A stretch of DNA of 29,240 nt from Candidatus Dadabacteria bacterium. Its GTDB lineage: Bacteria; Desulfobacterota_D; UBA1144; Nemesobacterales; CSP1-2. The translations under genes and the position numbers were made by a program. The notes under the pieces were generated by a model that saw nothing but the letters and a program-made list of their open reading frames with translations, ran no database searches and was not told where the DNA came from. Positions within the stretch are counted from its first letter, which is position 1. Every line of letters begins with the position of its first letter. The stretch spans positions 38,438 to 67,677 of the forward strand of contig PSLL01000014.1 in assembly GCA_040289575.1 (NCBI GenBank), written 5' to 3'. Shown piece by piece: positions 7,320 to 18,819 of this stretch.

Positions 7320-7930
7320 TATAGAAAGGTTACAACCAAGGGAGATTTTACTTAAAAGGTATTATCCCTATGTGACAATTTTTAGAGAAAGCTCTATACC
7401 AAAGAAGGTAATAGATAAGTTCTACCACGGGTTTGCGATAAAACCATCTGGCCACTTTTTCACTATTTTGCTTCTTATGCCATCTATGATGCCGACTATT
7501 GGACTCATTACAGGAATGTAAATGAAACTTTTCGTAATGCAGCTATAGAAACCATAAAATCGGATGATATAGTATGGATACATGATTATCATCTTATGCT
7601 CCTTCCGAGGCTGATAAGAGAAAAGATGCAAGATGTATCAATAGGTTTTTTCTACATATTCCATTTCCATCATATGAAATATTTCGGCTCCGCCGAAGAT
7701 TGGTTTGGCACTATCAACATAGGACTAGTAGCAGAAAACGGTGTATGGATAAAAGAAAAAATGAAGAGTGGCGGTTGATAAAACTATTAACGGCCGAGTG
7801 GATTTATTTAGGATCCTTCCCAAAAAGCATACTCGATCAAGATTGGAATAGCTCCATCTATTATGCCAAATTCAACCTACGTAATTATATAGAAGTCCGA
7901 AAATTCATCGAGGAGATTGCAAAATTATGA
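7320..7930 (+). pseudogene. otsA: Collapsed bifunctional trehalose-6-phosphate synthase/phosphatase (OtsA-OtsB fusion)
   Basis: Across frames: KFYHGFA / KTIWPLFHYF...DDIVWIHDYHLMLLPRLIR...IGFF / LHIPFPSYEIFRL (GT20), then EDWFG..NIGLVAENGVWIK / EEW..., then DLFRILPK / AYSIKIG..S / YAKFNL...EVRKF (TPP end). Multiple frameshifts and large internal deletions. 5' boundary uncertain. Confidence 0.88.
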
Positions 7931-8047
7931 TTCCTAATCCACTTTTATGAACCACGCATAATATTAGGCATCTCCAAATCTCCTTAAAAATCCGACCCCA
8001 AGGTGTGGTAATCTTTATAATTAGAATCAACCTATCGCTAAGTCATC

Positions 8048-8461
8048 ATGGACTACGAGATACTCGATCATACGGCGGATATATGCGTAAGGGTTTATGG
8101 AAGATCACTCGACGACCTTTTAAGAAACGCCGCACGGGCTATGATGGAGCTAATCACAGATAGGGAGAAGGTAGACCCGTCTCAAGAGATTGAATTCAAA
8201 GCTCGTGGGGAAACAGATGAGGAGATTCTCGTCCACTGGCTTGATGAAATCCTCTTCATTCATCATGTAAAGAAGATGGTCTTTCGAAACTTTGAATCAC
8301 ATCCCGTTAGCAAAACTGAGATACAGGGAAAAGCCATCGGTGAAAACATTGATATGGAAAGACACGAAATCAGACTCGATATTAAAGCCGCTACATATCA
8401 CAATTTGAAAATAGAGCGCGTAGATGATAGATTAAAAGTGGATATAGTATTTGATATATAA
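8048..8461 (+). CDS. Archease (RtcB cofactor)
   Basis: YEILDHTAD N-terminal motif, IKAATYH and C-terminal VFDI. Immediately upstream of rtcB. Confidence 0.96.
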   Translation: MDYEILDHTADICVRVYGRSLDDLLRNAARAMMELITDREKVDPSQEIEFKARGETDEEILVHWLDEILFIHHVKKMVFRNFESHPVSKTEIQGKAIGENIDMERHEIRLDIKAATYHNLKIERVDDRLKVDIVFDI

Positions 8462-8523
8462 GCCATCTCCTAACACTTTATTACTTATAAATATTCTCAT
8501 AAATAACAGTGGGGTGAGAGAGT

Positions 8524-9969
8524 ATGAATGAAGAGATTAAGCTAAAGAAAATACACGATTATCTTTGGGAAATCCCTAAGGCCGGACACATGCGTGTTCC
8601 GGGAAGGGTCTATGCAAGCGAGAGCATGATAAAGGATATTCAAAAAGATAGATCGCTTGAACAGGTAGTAAACGTCGCCCATCTCCCGGGAATTCAAAAA
8701 TACTCTATCGCAATGCCAGACATCCATTGGGGATACGGATTCCCAATAGGCGGGGTTGCCGCTATGGACGCAGAAGAAGGGGTGATCTCTCCCGGAGGTG
8801 TGGGATATGATATTAACTGCGGCGTAAGGCTCATGAAAACACATCTAAATGAAGAGGATGTAAGACCGAAACTCAAAGAACTCATATCTGAGCTCTTCCA
8901 TCGGGTTCCCTGTGGATTTGGAACCGGTGGAAAAATCAAGCTCTCAAAAGGAGACTATAAATCTCTTATTGAGAAGGGTACAAAATGGGCAATTGAGAAG
9001 GGATGGGGAGAGGCAGAGGATTTAGAGAGGATCGAGGATCACGGAACTTTTCACGGAGGCGATCCGGATGCTATAAGCGAAAGGGCTTATGAAAGGGGAA
9101 AGGATGAACTCGGCACGCTCGGCTCAGGAAATCATTTTCTTGAGGTAGATGTTGTAGACAGGATTTATAATTCTACGGTTGCAGATACATTTGGGCTTTT
9201 TAAGGATCAGGTATGCGTGCAGATTCACTGCGGCTCGCGCGGGTTCGGCCATCAAATATGCACGGACTACATTGACAAAATGATCTCATACATGAGGCGG
9301 GAAGGGATTAATCTTCCCGATAAACAGCTTGCCTGTGCCCACATCAAGTCCAATGAAGGGAGGGACTATCTTTCGGCGTTTGCGGCGGCTGTAAACTACG
9401 CATGGATAAACAGACAGATTATAATGTCCTCTGTAAGGGAGGTTTTCTACAAGGTATTTAAGATAGGCCCAATGGAACTCGGGGGACAACTTCTATACGA
9501 TGTAAGTCATAACATCGCGAAATTTGAGGAGCACAATGTGAACGGAAGGATAAAAAGGGTATGCGTCCACAGAAAAGGAGCAACAAGGGCATTTCCCAAA
9601 GGACATCCACTAATACCCGAAATCTATAGAGGGGTGGGTCAGCCCGTGCTTATTCCTGGCGATATGGGAAGGGCGTCTTTTATCCTTGTAGGAACCGAGA
9701 CGGCATTGGAGGAGACGTTTGGAACGAGCTGCCATGGGGCAGGAAGAATGCTCTCAAGAAACGAGGCGGTAAGAAGAGCAAAGGGTAGAGACCTCTTTAC
9801 TGAACTTGAAGAGAAAGGAATCGTCATAATGGCAAAGGGGAAAAGAACCGTGATCGAGGAGATGCCGGAGGCGTACAAATATGTAGAAGATGTCTGCGAT
9901 GTTGTGCACAACGCCGAGATTGCCAAAAAGGTAGCGCGACTGAGACCAATTGGGGTTATAAAGGGATAA
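8524..9969 (+). CDS. rtcB: RNA-splicing/repair ligase RtcB (archaeal/eukaryote-like type)
   Basis: MPDIHWGYGFPIG, GYDINCG, GTLGSGNHF, IHCGSRG, DVSHN, HRKGATR, PGDMG, SCHGAGR (guanylylated His) and EEMPEAYK. Confidence 0.98.
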   Translation: MNEEIKLKKIHDYLWEIPKAGHMRVPGRVYASESMIKDIQKDRSLEQVVNVAHLPGIQKYSIAMPDIHWGYGFPIGGVAAMDAEEGVISPGGVGYDINCGVRLMKTHLNEEDVRPKLKELISELFHRVPCGFGTGGKIKLSKGDYKSLIEKGTKWAIEKGWGEAEDLERIEDHGTFHGGDPDAISERAYERGKDELGTLGSGNHFLEVDVVDRIYNSTVADTFGLFKDQVCVQIHCGSRGFGHQICTDYIDKMISYMRREGINLPDKQLACAHIKSNEGRDYLSAFAAAVNYAWINRQIIMSSVREVFYKVFKIGPMELGGQLLYDVSHNIAKFEEHNVNGRIKRVCVHRKGATRAFPKGHPLIPEIYRGVGQPVLIPGDMGRASFILVGTETALEETFGTSCHGAGRMLSRNEAVRRAKGRDLFTELEEKGIVIMAKGKRTVIEEMPEAYKYVEDVCDVVHNAEIAKKVARLRPIGVIKG

Positions 9970-10130
9970 CACTATGATTTCAATAAAGCAGTTAGGAAGC
10001 CTCAAAATTACCGTTATGTCATTGTGGGACAAATATCCAAAGAATCCCTTGCCCAGGTCTTTGAGATTACTACTAGTTTAGATAAAATAGTAAAGGAGCC
10101 TTATAATATTAACCCATCCCCCAAAATTAG

Positions 10131-11417
<1,287 letters not shown>

Positions 11418-11457
11418 TCTTGATTGGCCTCATTTGTGACTAAATAAACACGCCTTG

Positions 11458-12603
11458 ATGAATAACCCTCACACCGACTACGATATAATTATTGTAGGAG
11501 CAGGCCCTGCAGGAGGAATGTGCGCTTATGAGCTATCAAAAAGGAAATTCAATATACTCATAATAGAAAAAGAAAAACTCCCGAGGTACAAAGTCTGTGC
11601 AGGGGGACTAACAAAAAAGGCGGTTGACATTCTCCCTAATGACCTACACACCTTAGCCGAAAACTACACATATAATATCCATTTAACCCTCAATCACGAT
11701 CGTGGATTCTCCAAGGAGGTCTCTTTTCCTATAGTTACAATGGTAATGAGGGATAGATTTGATTACTTTCTTGTCCAGAAATCTATATGTAATGACGCCC
11801 GCATTCTCGATGGAACAAAGGTCAATTCAATAGAGGAATTCCCAGATTATGTCATTGTAAGGACGGAGAAAGGGGATTTTAAATCAAAAGTAGTTGTGGG
11901 AGCCGATGGAGCAAATAGTCTTGTGGCACGCTCAGTTGGGCTCAGGAAAAAGCCTAGGCTCGGGGTTGCCCTAGAGGGGGAGGCCTTTCCAGACGACAAC
12001 GGCTCCATCCATATTGATTTCAATGTCATCCCTAGAGGTTACGGCTGGATATTTCCCAAAAAGGATCACCTTTCGGTTGGGGTATTTACAACACTGCCGA
12101 AAATAAAGGAGATCAAGAAATATTTCTCTATCTATTTTGAGAAAAAGGGACTGTCTATGAGATATAGATGCCGCTCCATTCTTGGGCACCAGATCCCAAT
12201 AGGCGGAAGGAGTGAGACTCTAAATACAAAAAGGGGGTTACTTATAGGAGACGCCGCTGGGCTTGCCGACCCGATAACAGGGGAAGGTATATATTTTGGG
12301 CTGAGGAGCGGACAAATGGCGGCGGAGGTAATTGCGGAAAGCCTAAGTGGGAACCATTCCGGGCTGGATAGATATACAAGAATGGTCAATAATGAAATTA
12401 TAAATGACCTTAGATATGCGACATATATAGCTATGTTTTTTTATAAATTAACCCCTATCATATATGATTTGGGGATAAAGAAGAACCTGATAAGTGAAGA
12501 CCTCATTAAGGCCCTGGTATCTGGACATCCATATAGGGATATTTTCATAAAAATACCTAGGAAAATATTTAACTTACTTATTCCTATTAAGATAAATTAT
12601 TAG
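11458..12603 (+). CDS. Geranylgeranyl reductase family FAD-dependent oxidoreductase
   Basis: VGAGPAG, PRYKVCAGGL, R..FD..L, GADGANS, GYGWIFPK and GDAAGLADPITGEGI motifs. Confidence 0.92.
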   Translation: MNNPHTDYDIIIVGAGPAGGMCAYELSKRKFNILIIEKEKLPRYKVCAGGLTKKAVDILPNDLHTLAENYTYNIHLTLNHDRGFSKEVSFPIVTMVMRDRFDYFLVQKSICNDARILDGTKVNSIEEFPDYVIVRTEKGDFKSKVVVGADGANSLVARSVGLRKKPRLGVALEGEAFPDDNGSIHIDFNVIPRGYGWIFPKKDHLSVGVFTTLPKIKEIKKYFSIYFEKKGLSMRYRCRSILGHQIPIGGRSETLNTKRGLLIGDAAGLADPITGEGIYFGLRSGQMAAEVIAESLSGNHSGLDRYTRMVNNEIINDLRYATYIAMFFYKLTPIIYDLGIKKNLISEDLIKALVSGHPYRDIFIKIPRKIFNLLIPIKINY

Positions 12604-12629
12604 ATATTCTCAAGTAGATTTTAATGAAC

Positions 12630-12638
12630 TGTGGATAG
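12630..12638 (-). promoter_or_regulatory. DnaA-box-like 9-mer (CTATCCACA)
   Basis: One mismatch to TTATCCACA. Intergenic between convergent genes. Confidence 0.35.
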
Positions 12639-12707
12639 ATCAATAAAACCTGAAATATAACTTCAATGTGTGTGAAAAACTAAATGATTCCGTATCTATA
12701 ATCTTAT

Positions 12708-15416
12708 TTAGATAATCTCTTTAACCATCGGTAATTCAATAATAAATGTTGCCCCTTTACCTTCTTCGCTCAGGGCATAAATTTCCCCACCATGTTCTTT
12801 AATAATCCCATAAGAAACAGAGAGTCCAAGTCCCGTACCCTTCCCAACAGGCTTGGTTGTAAAGAATGGATCGAATATCTTTTTTAGATTCTTGCTCGAA
12901 ATCCCCGGGCCGGTATCCCTAAATAAAATCTCTATCGCCTCACCCCCGGGATTAACCCTATTCTCTCCATTCTTAACCCTACTCTCTATTACAAGCTGCT
13001 TCTTACCACCATTCCCAGCCATAGCCTGCTCCGCATTATTAATCAGGTTTAGGAACACCTGTTGAATTTGATTGGGATCCACCATTAGCACCGGCAAGCT
13101 TGCCTCAAGATTCTTTATGACCTCTATTTTATTTTTTCTCAGGTCATATTCTTTGAGGCTCAAAGTCCTTTCCAAGACCTCGTTTATATAAGCGTACTCC
13201 TTTTCGGGGCTGTGCTTACGAGCAAATGAAAGCAGATTCTGAACTACCTTTTTACACCTATTTGATTCATCATAGATTGCCTGAAGTGCTTTTCGGAATG
13301 CTTTATCCAAGTTCGGCTCTGAAAGAAGCACCTCGGCATAGCCCATAACAACGGTAAGCGGGTTATTAACCTCGTGTACAATCCCGGAAATGAGTTGTCC
13401 AACTGCTGCCATTTTCTCAGACTGAATGAGTTGCTCCTGAAGGTTCTTTCTTTCCGTAATGTCAAATATGATGGCTGTAAAGACGGTATGTCCACCGATC
13501 TTACAGGCAGAAACCGAAACCTGAATCGGAAACTCTTCTCCGCTTTTTCTGAGTCCTAAGAACTCAACGGTCTTTCCCAGAATATCAGAGGATCCCGTCT
13601 CAACACAGCTTTTAAGACCCACCCTATAGAGGTCTCTATATCTCTCTGGCATAAGAATAGTTAGCTCTTTTCCCCTCACCTCTTCTATCGAATACCCGAA
13701 GAGTTCTTCTGCCGCCGGATTAAAAAGTATAATCATACCCTCTTTGTCAATAGATATAATAGCGCTTTTTGCGGTCTCAACGAGCGTCCTGTACCGCTCC
13801 TCAGACTCCCTTAGGGCCTGTTCAAGCCTTTTTCTCAGTGAAATATCCTCTACTACAGAAACAATTGCTATCTGTCGCCCATCCTTATCCTTCACAACAG
13901 ATGTTTTTTCATAGACCGGAAATACCTCCCCATTTTTTCTCATTCCAAGCCTCTCACCCTCCCACCCCACTATCAAAACCGCCTCGTAAATCTTATTGCT
14001 GATCCCAGAGGGATCATCAAACGGATAGAGAATGCTGTTTTGTTTTCCCACGAGCTCCCCAAGTTCATATCCGAATATCCTTTTGTGAGCAGGATTAATG
14101 TATATAATATTTCTATTCATATCTGTGATTGTTACAGCGGAATTTAAGCTCTTTACCGCTGCTCCGAGCCTGAGCATCTCTTCATCAGCCTTCTTTCTTC
14201 CAGTTACATCCCTTCCGATAAGTTGAACGGCTGGCATCCCGCCGTACTCGATGAGGAGACTGTTCACATCTAAGACTACAGCATCGCCGTTTTTGTTTAT
14301 TAACATGAGTTCGTAGTTTGGGACATCTTCCCCTCTTAATTTCATTTTAATATTATGCATAAAAATGTCCCTATAAGGCGGATATATAAGGTCAGAGACA
14401 TTAAATTCATAGAGTTCTTCAGGCGAATAAAGCATAGTCTCAGAGGCCTTCGTATTTACAAATCTAAATCTGTTATTCTGGACAACAAAGATCAGATCAG
14501 TAAAATCCTGGGCTAAGGCTCTATATTTTTGTTCCAACTCCTCAAGCTTAATGGATTTTATCTTTAAGCTTTCGTCAAGCCTGAGATTTTCAATGGCTAT
14601 AGCCGCAGTTCGAGCAAGACCTTCGAGGAGCCTAGTATCGTCGCCATGACTAAGATCCGCTCCCCTTTTATTGCACACCTCGATAATACCCAAGAATCCC
14701 CCTTTCCTATCTATTATAGGAACAGAGATATAAGACCTCAGGCATGGAAGCGGTGTAAAGAAAGTGCTTATCTTCTTATCTCTCACCGATCTGCTCGGAG
14801 TCTCAATTTGCGTACCCTCAGAATGGGATAAATCCTGCCACTTCTGTCCATCCCAAGACTCCTGCATTACAACCTTATCTCCTTGGAGAAGGGCAATAGA
14901 GCCACATTCGCTTTCCGTAATGTCCAAAGCTCTTTTAACCAGTTGTCTGAGGAGCCGACTCATATGGAGCTCAGAGTTTATGTCCTCTGTCACACCAAGA
15001 AGAGAGGAAATTTGATTGAACCTCCTCTCACTTTGGAGCCTTAATTGTTGCTTCTCCAGTGCCTTTAAAACAACCGCTACTATATACTCAAGATTAAGAG
15101 GCTTCTCTATATAAGCAAACGCCCCTCTAGTAAGGGCTTCTATAGCCCTATCGGAAGAGCCGGGCTCAGCAATTAGAATTATCTCAGTATCCGAGGAAAT
15201 AGATTTGATATCATTTAATATTTCTATATCGGAATTACCAGGCAGCGAAACATCAACAAGAACTAAATGAAAGAATTTCTCTCCGAGATTTTGGATAGCA
15301 TCGCGCCTTGTGTTGACAATATAGGAAGATAATCCCCTATCTTCTAAAATACCAGCTAAATCCTTAGATAGAGTCTCGTCACCACAGGATATTAAAATAG
15401 AGAACTTTTCGATCAC
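12708..15416 (-). CDS. Cytoplasmic hybrid sensor histidine kinase (REC-GAF-PASx3-HisKA-HATPase)
   Basis: N-terminal receiver-like domain (LVLVD...YIEKP), GAF (SVPI...GIIEVCNK), three PAS/PAC repeats, H-box HEVNNPLT, N-box NLINNA, DTGPGI, FDPFFTTK and GTGLGL. No TM helix. Confidence 0.95.
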   Translation of the reverse strand: MIEKFSILISCGDETLSKDLAGILEDRGLSSYIVNTRRDAIQNLGEKFFHLVLVDVSLPGNSDIEILNDIKSISSDTEIILIAEPGSSDRAIEALTRGAFAYIEKPLNLEYIVAVVLKALEKQQLRLQSERRFNQISSLLGVTEDINSELHMSRLLRQLVKRALDITESECGSIALLQGDKVVMQESWDGQKWQDLSHSEGTQIETPSRSVRDKKISTFFTPLPCLRSYISVPIIDRKGGFLGIIEVCNKRGADLSHGDDTRLLEGLARTAAIAIENLRLDESLKIKSIKLEELEQKYRALAQDFTDLIFVVQNNRFRFVNTKASETMLYSPEELYEFNVSDLIYPPYRDIFMHNIKMKLRGEDVPNYELMLINKNGDAVVLDVNSLLIEYGGMPAVQLIGRDVTGRKKADEEMLRLGAAVKSLNSAVTITDMNRNIIYINPAHKRIFGYELGELVGKQNSILYPFDDPSGISNKIYEAVLIVGWEGERLGMRKNGEVFPVYEKTSVVKDKDGRQIAIVSVVEDISLRKRLEQALRESEERYRTLVETAKSAIISIDKEGMIILFNPAAEELFGYSIEEVRGKELTILMPERYRDLYRVGLKSCVETGSSDILGKTVEFLGLRKSGEEFPIQVSVSACKIGGHTVFTAIIFDITERKNLQEQLIQSEKMAAVGQLISGIVHEVNNPLTVVMGYAEVLLSEPNLDKAFRKALQAIYDESNRCKKVVQNLLSFARKHSPEKEYAYINEVLERTLSLKEYDLRKNKIEVIKNLEASLPVLMVDPNQIQQVFLNLINNAEQAMAGNGGKKQLVIESRVKNGENRVNPGGEAIEILFRDTGPGISSKNLKKIFDPFFTTKPVGKGTGLGLSVSYGIIKEHGGEIYALSEEGKGATFIIELPMVKEII

Positions 15417-15481
15417 CTACACCATTCCTCTCTACAAATTATAAACCAAGAGGAGAAATTCCGCTACCACCTAAATATTCC

Positions 15482-15712
15482 CTAACCCTTAATTCTCTCC
15501 AACCTATCTGCAATGTAGAGAGATAGAGGAACCATTATGACGCCGGTTATAAAAATAATCAAAACATAATGGGCAACCTTTTGTTCTGTCTCACTCACTG
15601 TGGCAAAGCTATAGCGTAGAAGAAAAACAATTAAAGACAAAGCACAGATGGTAGACGCAATAACCGCTACCATAAAGACATAGATAAAAATAGATATAAG
15701 ATAACCTCTCAT
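15482..15712 (-). CDS. Small two-TM membrane protein
   Basis: Two hydrophobic segments in 76 aa, with its own sigma70-like promoter upstream. Confidence 0.65.
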   Translation of the reverse strand: MRGYLISIFIYVFMVAVIASTICALSLIVFLLRYSFATVSETEQKVAHYVLIIFITGVIMVPLSLYIADRLERIKG

Positions 15713-15742
15713 CCCCAGACCATTTACCTGTTAGGTTTTAAG

Positions 15743-15772
15743 ATCTTATCGAAGTAAATATAGGTGTGTCAA
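15743..15772 (-). promoter_or_regulatory. Sigma70-type promoter TTGACA-N18-TAAGAT
   Basis: Perfect -35 at 15772-15767 and TAAGAT at 15748-15743, just after the frr stop and upstream of the small membrane protein and kinase. Confidence 0.55.
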
Positions 15773-15774
15773 CT

Positions 15775-16343
15775 TTAAAACTCCATTATTTCCTTTTCCT
15801 TCTTTTGCAGGGTTTCGTTTATTTTCTTTATAAAATCGTCTGTAATCTCTTGAATCTTATTGAGATTCTTTTTAACCTCGTCTTCGGGTATCTTTTTCTC
15901 TTTCTCCGCCTCCTTGACCAGAGCGTTTGTGTCCTTTCTTATTTGTCTTATTGCGACTCTATACTCCTCAGCCATTTTACCCGTGTGCTTTACAAGTTCT
16001 TTCCTCCTCTCTTCAGTAAGGTGAGGAACGGCTATTCTTATCACTTTCCCATCATTTGTAGGGTTCACTCCGAGATCGGATTGCCTAATAGCCTTCTCTA
16101 TACTTGTAATGGCACTTATATCCCAGGGCTGGATCACTATAGTTCTCGGCTCCGGGACCGAAATCGTGGCAAGCTGACCAATAGGAGTCTGGATTCCATA
16201 ATAATCGGCTTTTATGTGTTCAACAAGGGATGCAGAGGCTCTTCCGGTTCTTACTTTGTTAAGCTCCGTTTTAAACACCTCAAGAGACTTATTCATCTTT
16301 TTTTTCATATCTTCAATAATCTCATTCAGACTCTTACCGTTCA

Positions 16344-16344
<1 letters not shown>
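15775..16344 (-). CDS. frr: Ribosome recycling factor
   Basis: RTGRAS, YYG..TP, IQPWD, NP.NDG..IR, LTEERRKEL and KEKEIME. Canonical position after pyrH with a TAATG overlap. Confidence 0.99.
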
Positions 16345-17084
<740 letters not shown>

Positions 17085-17696
17085 TTACTTATCCTCAAGA
17101 GACTCGCCCAGTTGATACCTTATGAATCTCCTCACGACGATATTCTCCCCTAACTGAGCAATTGCTGCACTCAGTAGGTCACGGATTTTAATCTTAGGGT
17201 CTCTAATATACGCCTGTTCAAGAAGGCACGTCTCTTCATAGAATTTCTCAAGCTTTCCCTGAACAATCTTATCCGCCACACTCTCAGGCCTTCCGGATTC
17301 CATCACCTGAGCCTTCATTATCTCCTTTTCCTTTAAGAGAATAGACTCAGGCACATCCTCACGACTTATAAACCTCGGATTTGCGGCTGCGATCTGCATG
17401 GCAATCTCTTTTGCCAATCTTTGAAATTCCTCATTTCTTCCCACAAAATCCGTTTCGCAGTTTACTTCAACCATAACACCGATCTTACCGCCCGCATGAA
17501 TATAAGAGGTTATCACCCCTTCGGGGGTCTCTCTACCCACCTTCTTTGCCGCCTTTGTGAGTCCCTTAATCCTGAGGATCTCAGCGGCTTTTTCAAAATC
17601 GCCTTTTACCTCTTCAAGAGCCTTCTTACAATCTAGAAACGGGGCTCCGGTTCTATCCCTCAACTCCTTTACTATCTGTGCCTTAATATCAGCCAT
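17085..17696 (-). CDS. tsf: Translation elongation factor Ts (short form, 203 aa)
   Basis: Real start [18 protein letters not shown] at ATG 17696, overlapping the rpsB stop. [15 protein letters not shown] and GENIVVRRF motifs. Confidence 0.98.
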   Translation of the reverse strand: MADIKAQIVKELRDRTGAPFLDCKKALEEVKGDFEKAAEILRIKGLTKAAKKVGRETPEGVITSYIHAGGKIGVMVEVNCETDFVGRNEEFQRLAKEIAMQIAAANPRFISREDVPESILLKEKEIMKAQVMESGRPESVADKIVQGKLEKFYEETCLLEQAYIRDPKIKIRDLLSAAIAQLGENIVVRRFIRYQLGESLEDK

Positions 17697-18576
17697 TACC
17701 AGTTTCCTCCTCGATTTCACCCGATTCCTCCTGGAGCACCGCAGGAATAGGCTTCTCTTCAGTCTCAATCTCCTCTCCGTATTCCTTAAACACAAATACC
17801 TTTCTTTCCACCACAACCGGCATCTCTTCCTCCTCCCTCCGCGCGACCTCGCCGGAGAGTACTCTTTGATCATATATGTGCCTTCCCTCAATGCATGCGT
17901 CCGCTATCTTTGACGCAAAGAGCTTTATCGCTCTTATAGCGTCGTCATTGCCGGGTATGGGGAAGTCAGCACATGATGGATCGCAGTTCGTATCTATCAC
18001 GGCTATAACAGGGATACCGAGCTTTTTTGCCTCGCGGACAGCCGTGTATTCCTTTTTTGTATCAATAACAAATACAGCCTCAGGAAGCCTCTTCATGTTA
18101 ACTATTCCACTCAGTAGGTACTCAAGCTTCTGAATCTCTCTTCTAAGCCCCTTTACCTCCTTTTTAGGAAGGAGCTCTAGCTGCCCCTCTTCAGCCATCT
18201 TTTTAAGCTCAAGTAAATAATCAACCCTTGAGCGTATGGTGTTAAAGTTCGTAAGCGTTCCCCCAAGCCACCTCGTGTTTACAAAGGGCATCCCACACCT
18301 TATCGCCTCTTCTGATATAATTCCCTGAGCCTGCTTTTTCGTTCCCACAAATAGAATCTTTCCTCCGTCGGCAACAACATTTCTTACAAAGCCATAAACT
18401 GTTCTGAAAAGATTTGCCGTCTGCTGAAGGTCAATAATGTGAATCCCATTTCTACTGCCAAATATATAGGGCTTCATTCTGGGATTCCACTGACTCATCT
18501 GATGTCCAAAATGAACCCCGGCTTCGAGGAGTTGTTTCATACTAATTACATCTCCAACCTGTGTATCTTCAATCAT
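17689..18576 (-). CDS. rpsB: 30S ribosomal protein S2
   Basis: [41 protein letters not shown] and PGNDDAIR. Acidic C-terminal tail and AGGGAGG SD. Confidence 0.99.
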   Translation of the reverse strand: MIEDTQVGDVISMKQLLEAGVHFGHQMSQWNPRMKPYIFGSRNGIHIIDLQQTANLFRTVYGFVRNVVADGGKILFVGTKKQAQGIISEEAIRCGMPFVNTRWLGGTLTNFNTIRSRVDYLLELKKMAEEGQLELLPKKEVKGLRREIQKLEYLLSGIVNMKRLPEAVFVIDTKKEYTAVREAKKLGIPVIAVIDTNCDPSCADFPIPGNDDAIRAIKLFASKIADACIEGRHIYDQRVLSGEVARREEEEMPVVVERKVFVFKEYGEEIETEEKPIPAVLQEESGEIEEETGNG

Positions 18577-18634
18577 AAATTCCTCCCTTTATTATCGTAA
18601 AAATATACCTAAATCATATTTGAATAACATAAAA

Positions 18635-18716
18635 AAGCCCTCTTTTCAAGTTAAGCCAAACAAACTAAAGCGGTATAGAACCTGAGGATTCGCAATTAGC
18701 ACCCACCGCCGCTTAC
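18635..18716 (-). ncRNA. Candidate structured rpsB leader (S2 autoregulatory RNA)
   Basis: On the minus strand AAGCGG...CCGCUU closes a GC-rich stem enclosing GGGUGC, followed by GGCUUAAC. It lies in the 5' UTR of rpsB-tsf. Family match not verified. Confidence 0.35.
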
Positions 18717-18754
18717 TCAATGAAATTAAGAAAGACCATTGGATGAATTGAGTA

Positions 18755-18763
18755 CTATCCACA
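18755..18763 (+). promoter_or_regulatory. DnaA-box-like 9-mer (CTATCCACA) in the rpsB/dcd divergent promoter region
   Basis: One mismatch to TTATCCACA. Confidence 0.4.
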
Positions 18764-18819
18764 ACTATGGTAGTATCCTTTTCCGATTTTAAAATTTTTT
18801 CGAAAGGAGTAAATAGATA

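Noticed and set aside
7309..7930. Small ORFs 7309..7521, 7422..7631, 7596..7778 and 7700..7930 as independent genes
   Set aside because: They are frame fragments or antisense shadows of the otsA-otsB pseudogene.
6034..7930. Frameshifts as pure sequencing error
   Set aside because: Long neighbouring genes with homopolymers are intact, and the region also has large in-gene deletions, so real decay is more likely. Read-level checking is still needed.
17697..17891. 65-aa N-terminal extension of EF-Ts in the ORF track
   Set aside because: It is an alternative frame of the rpsB 3' end. EF-Ts homology starts at ATG 17696.
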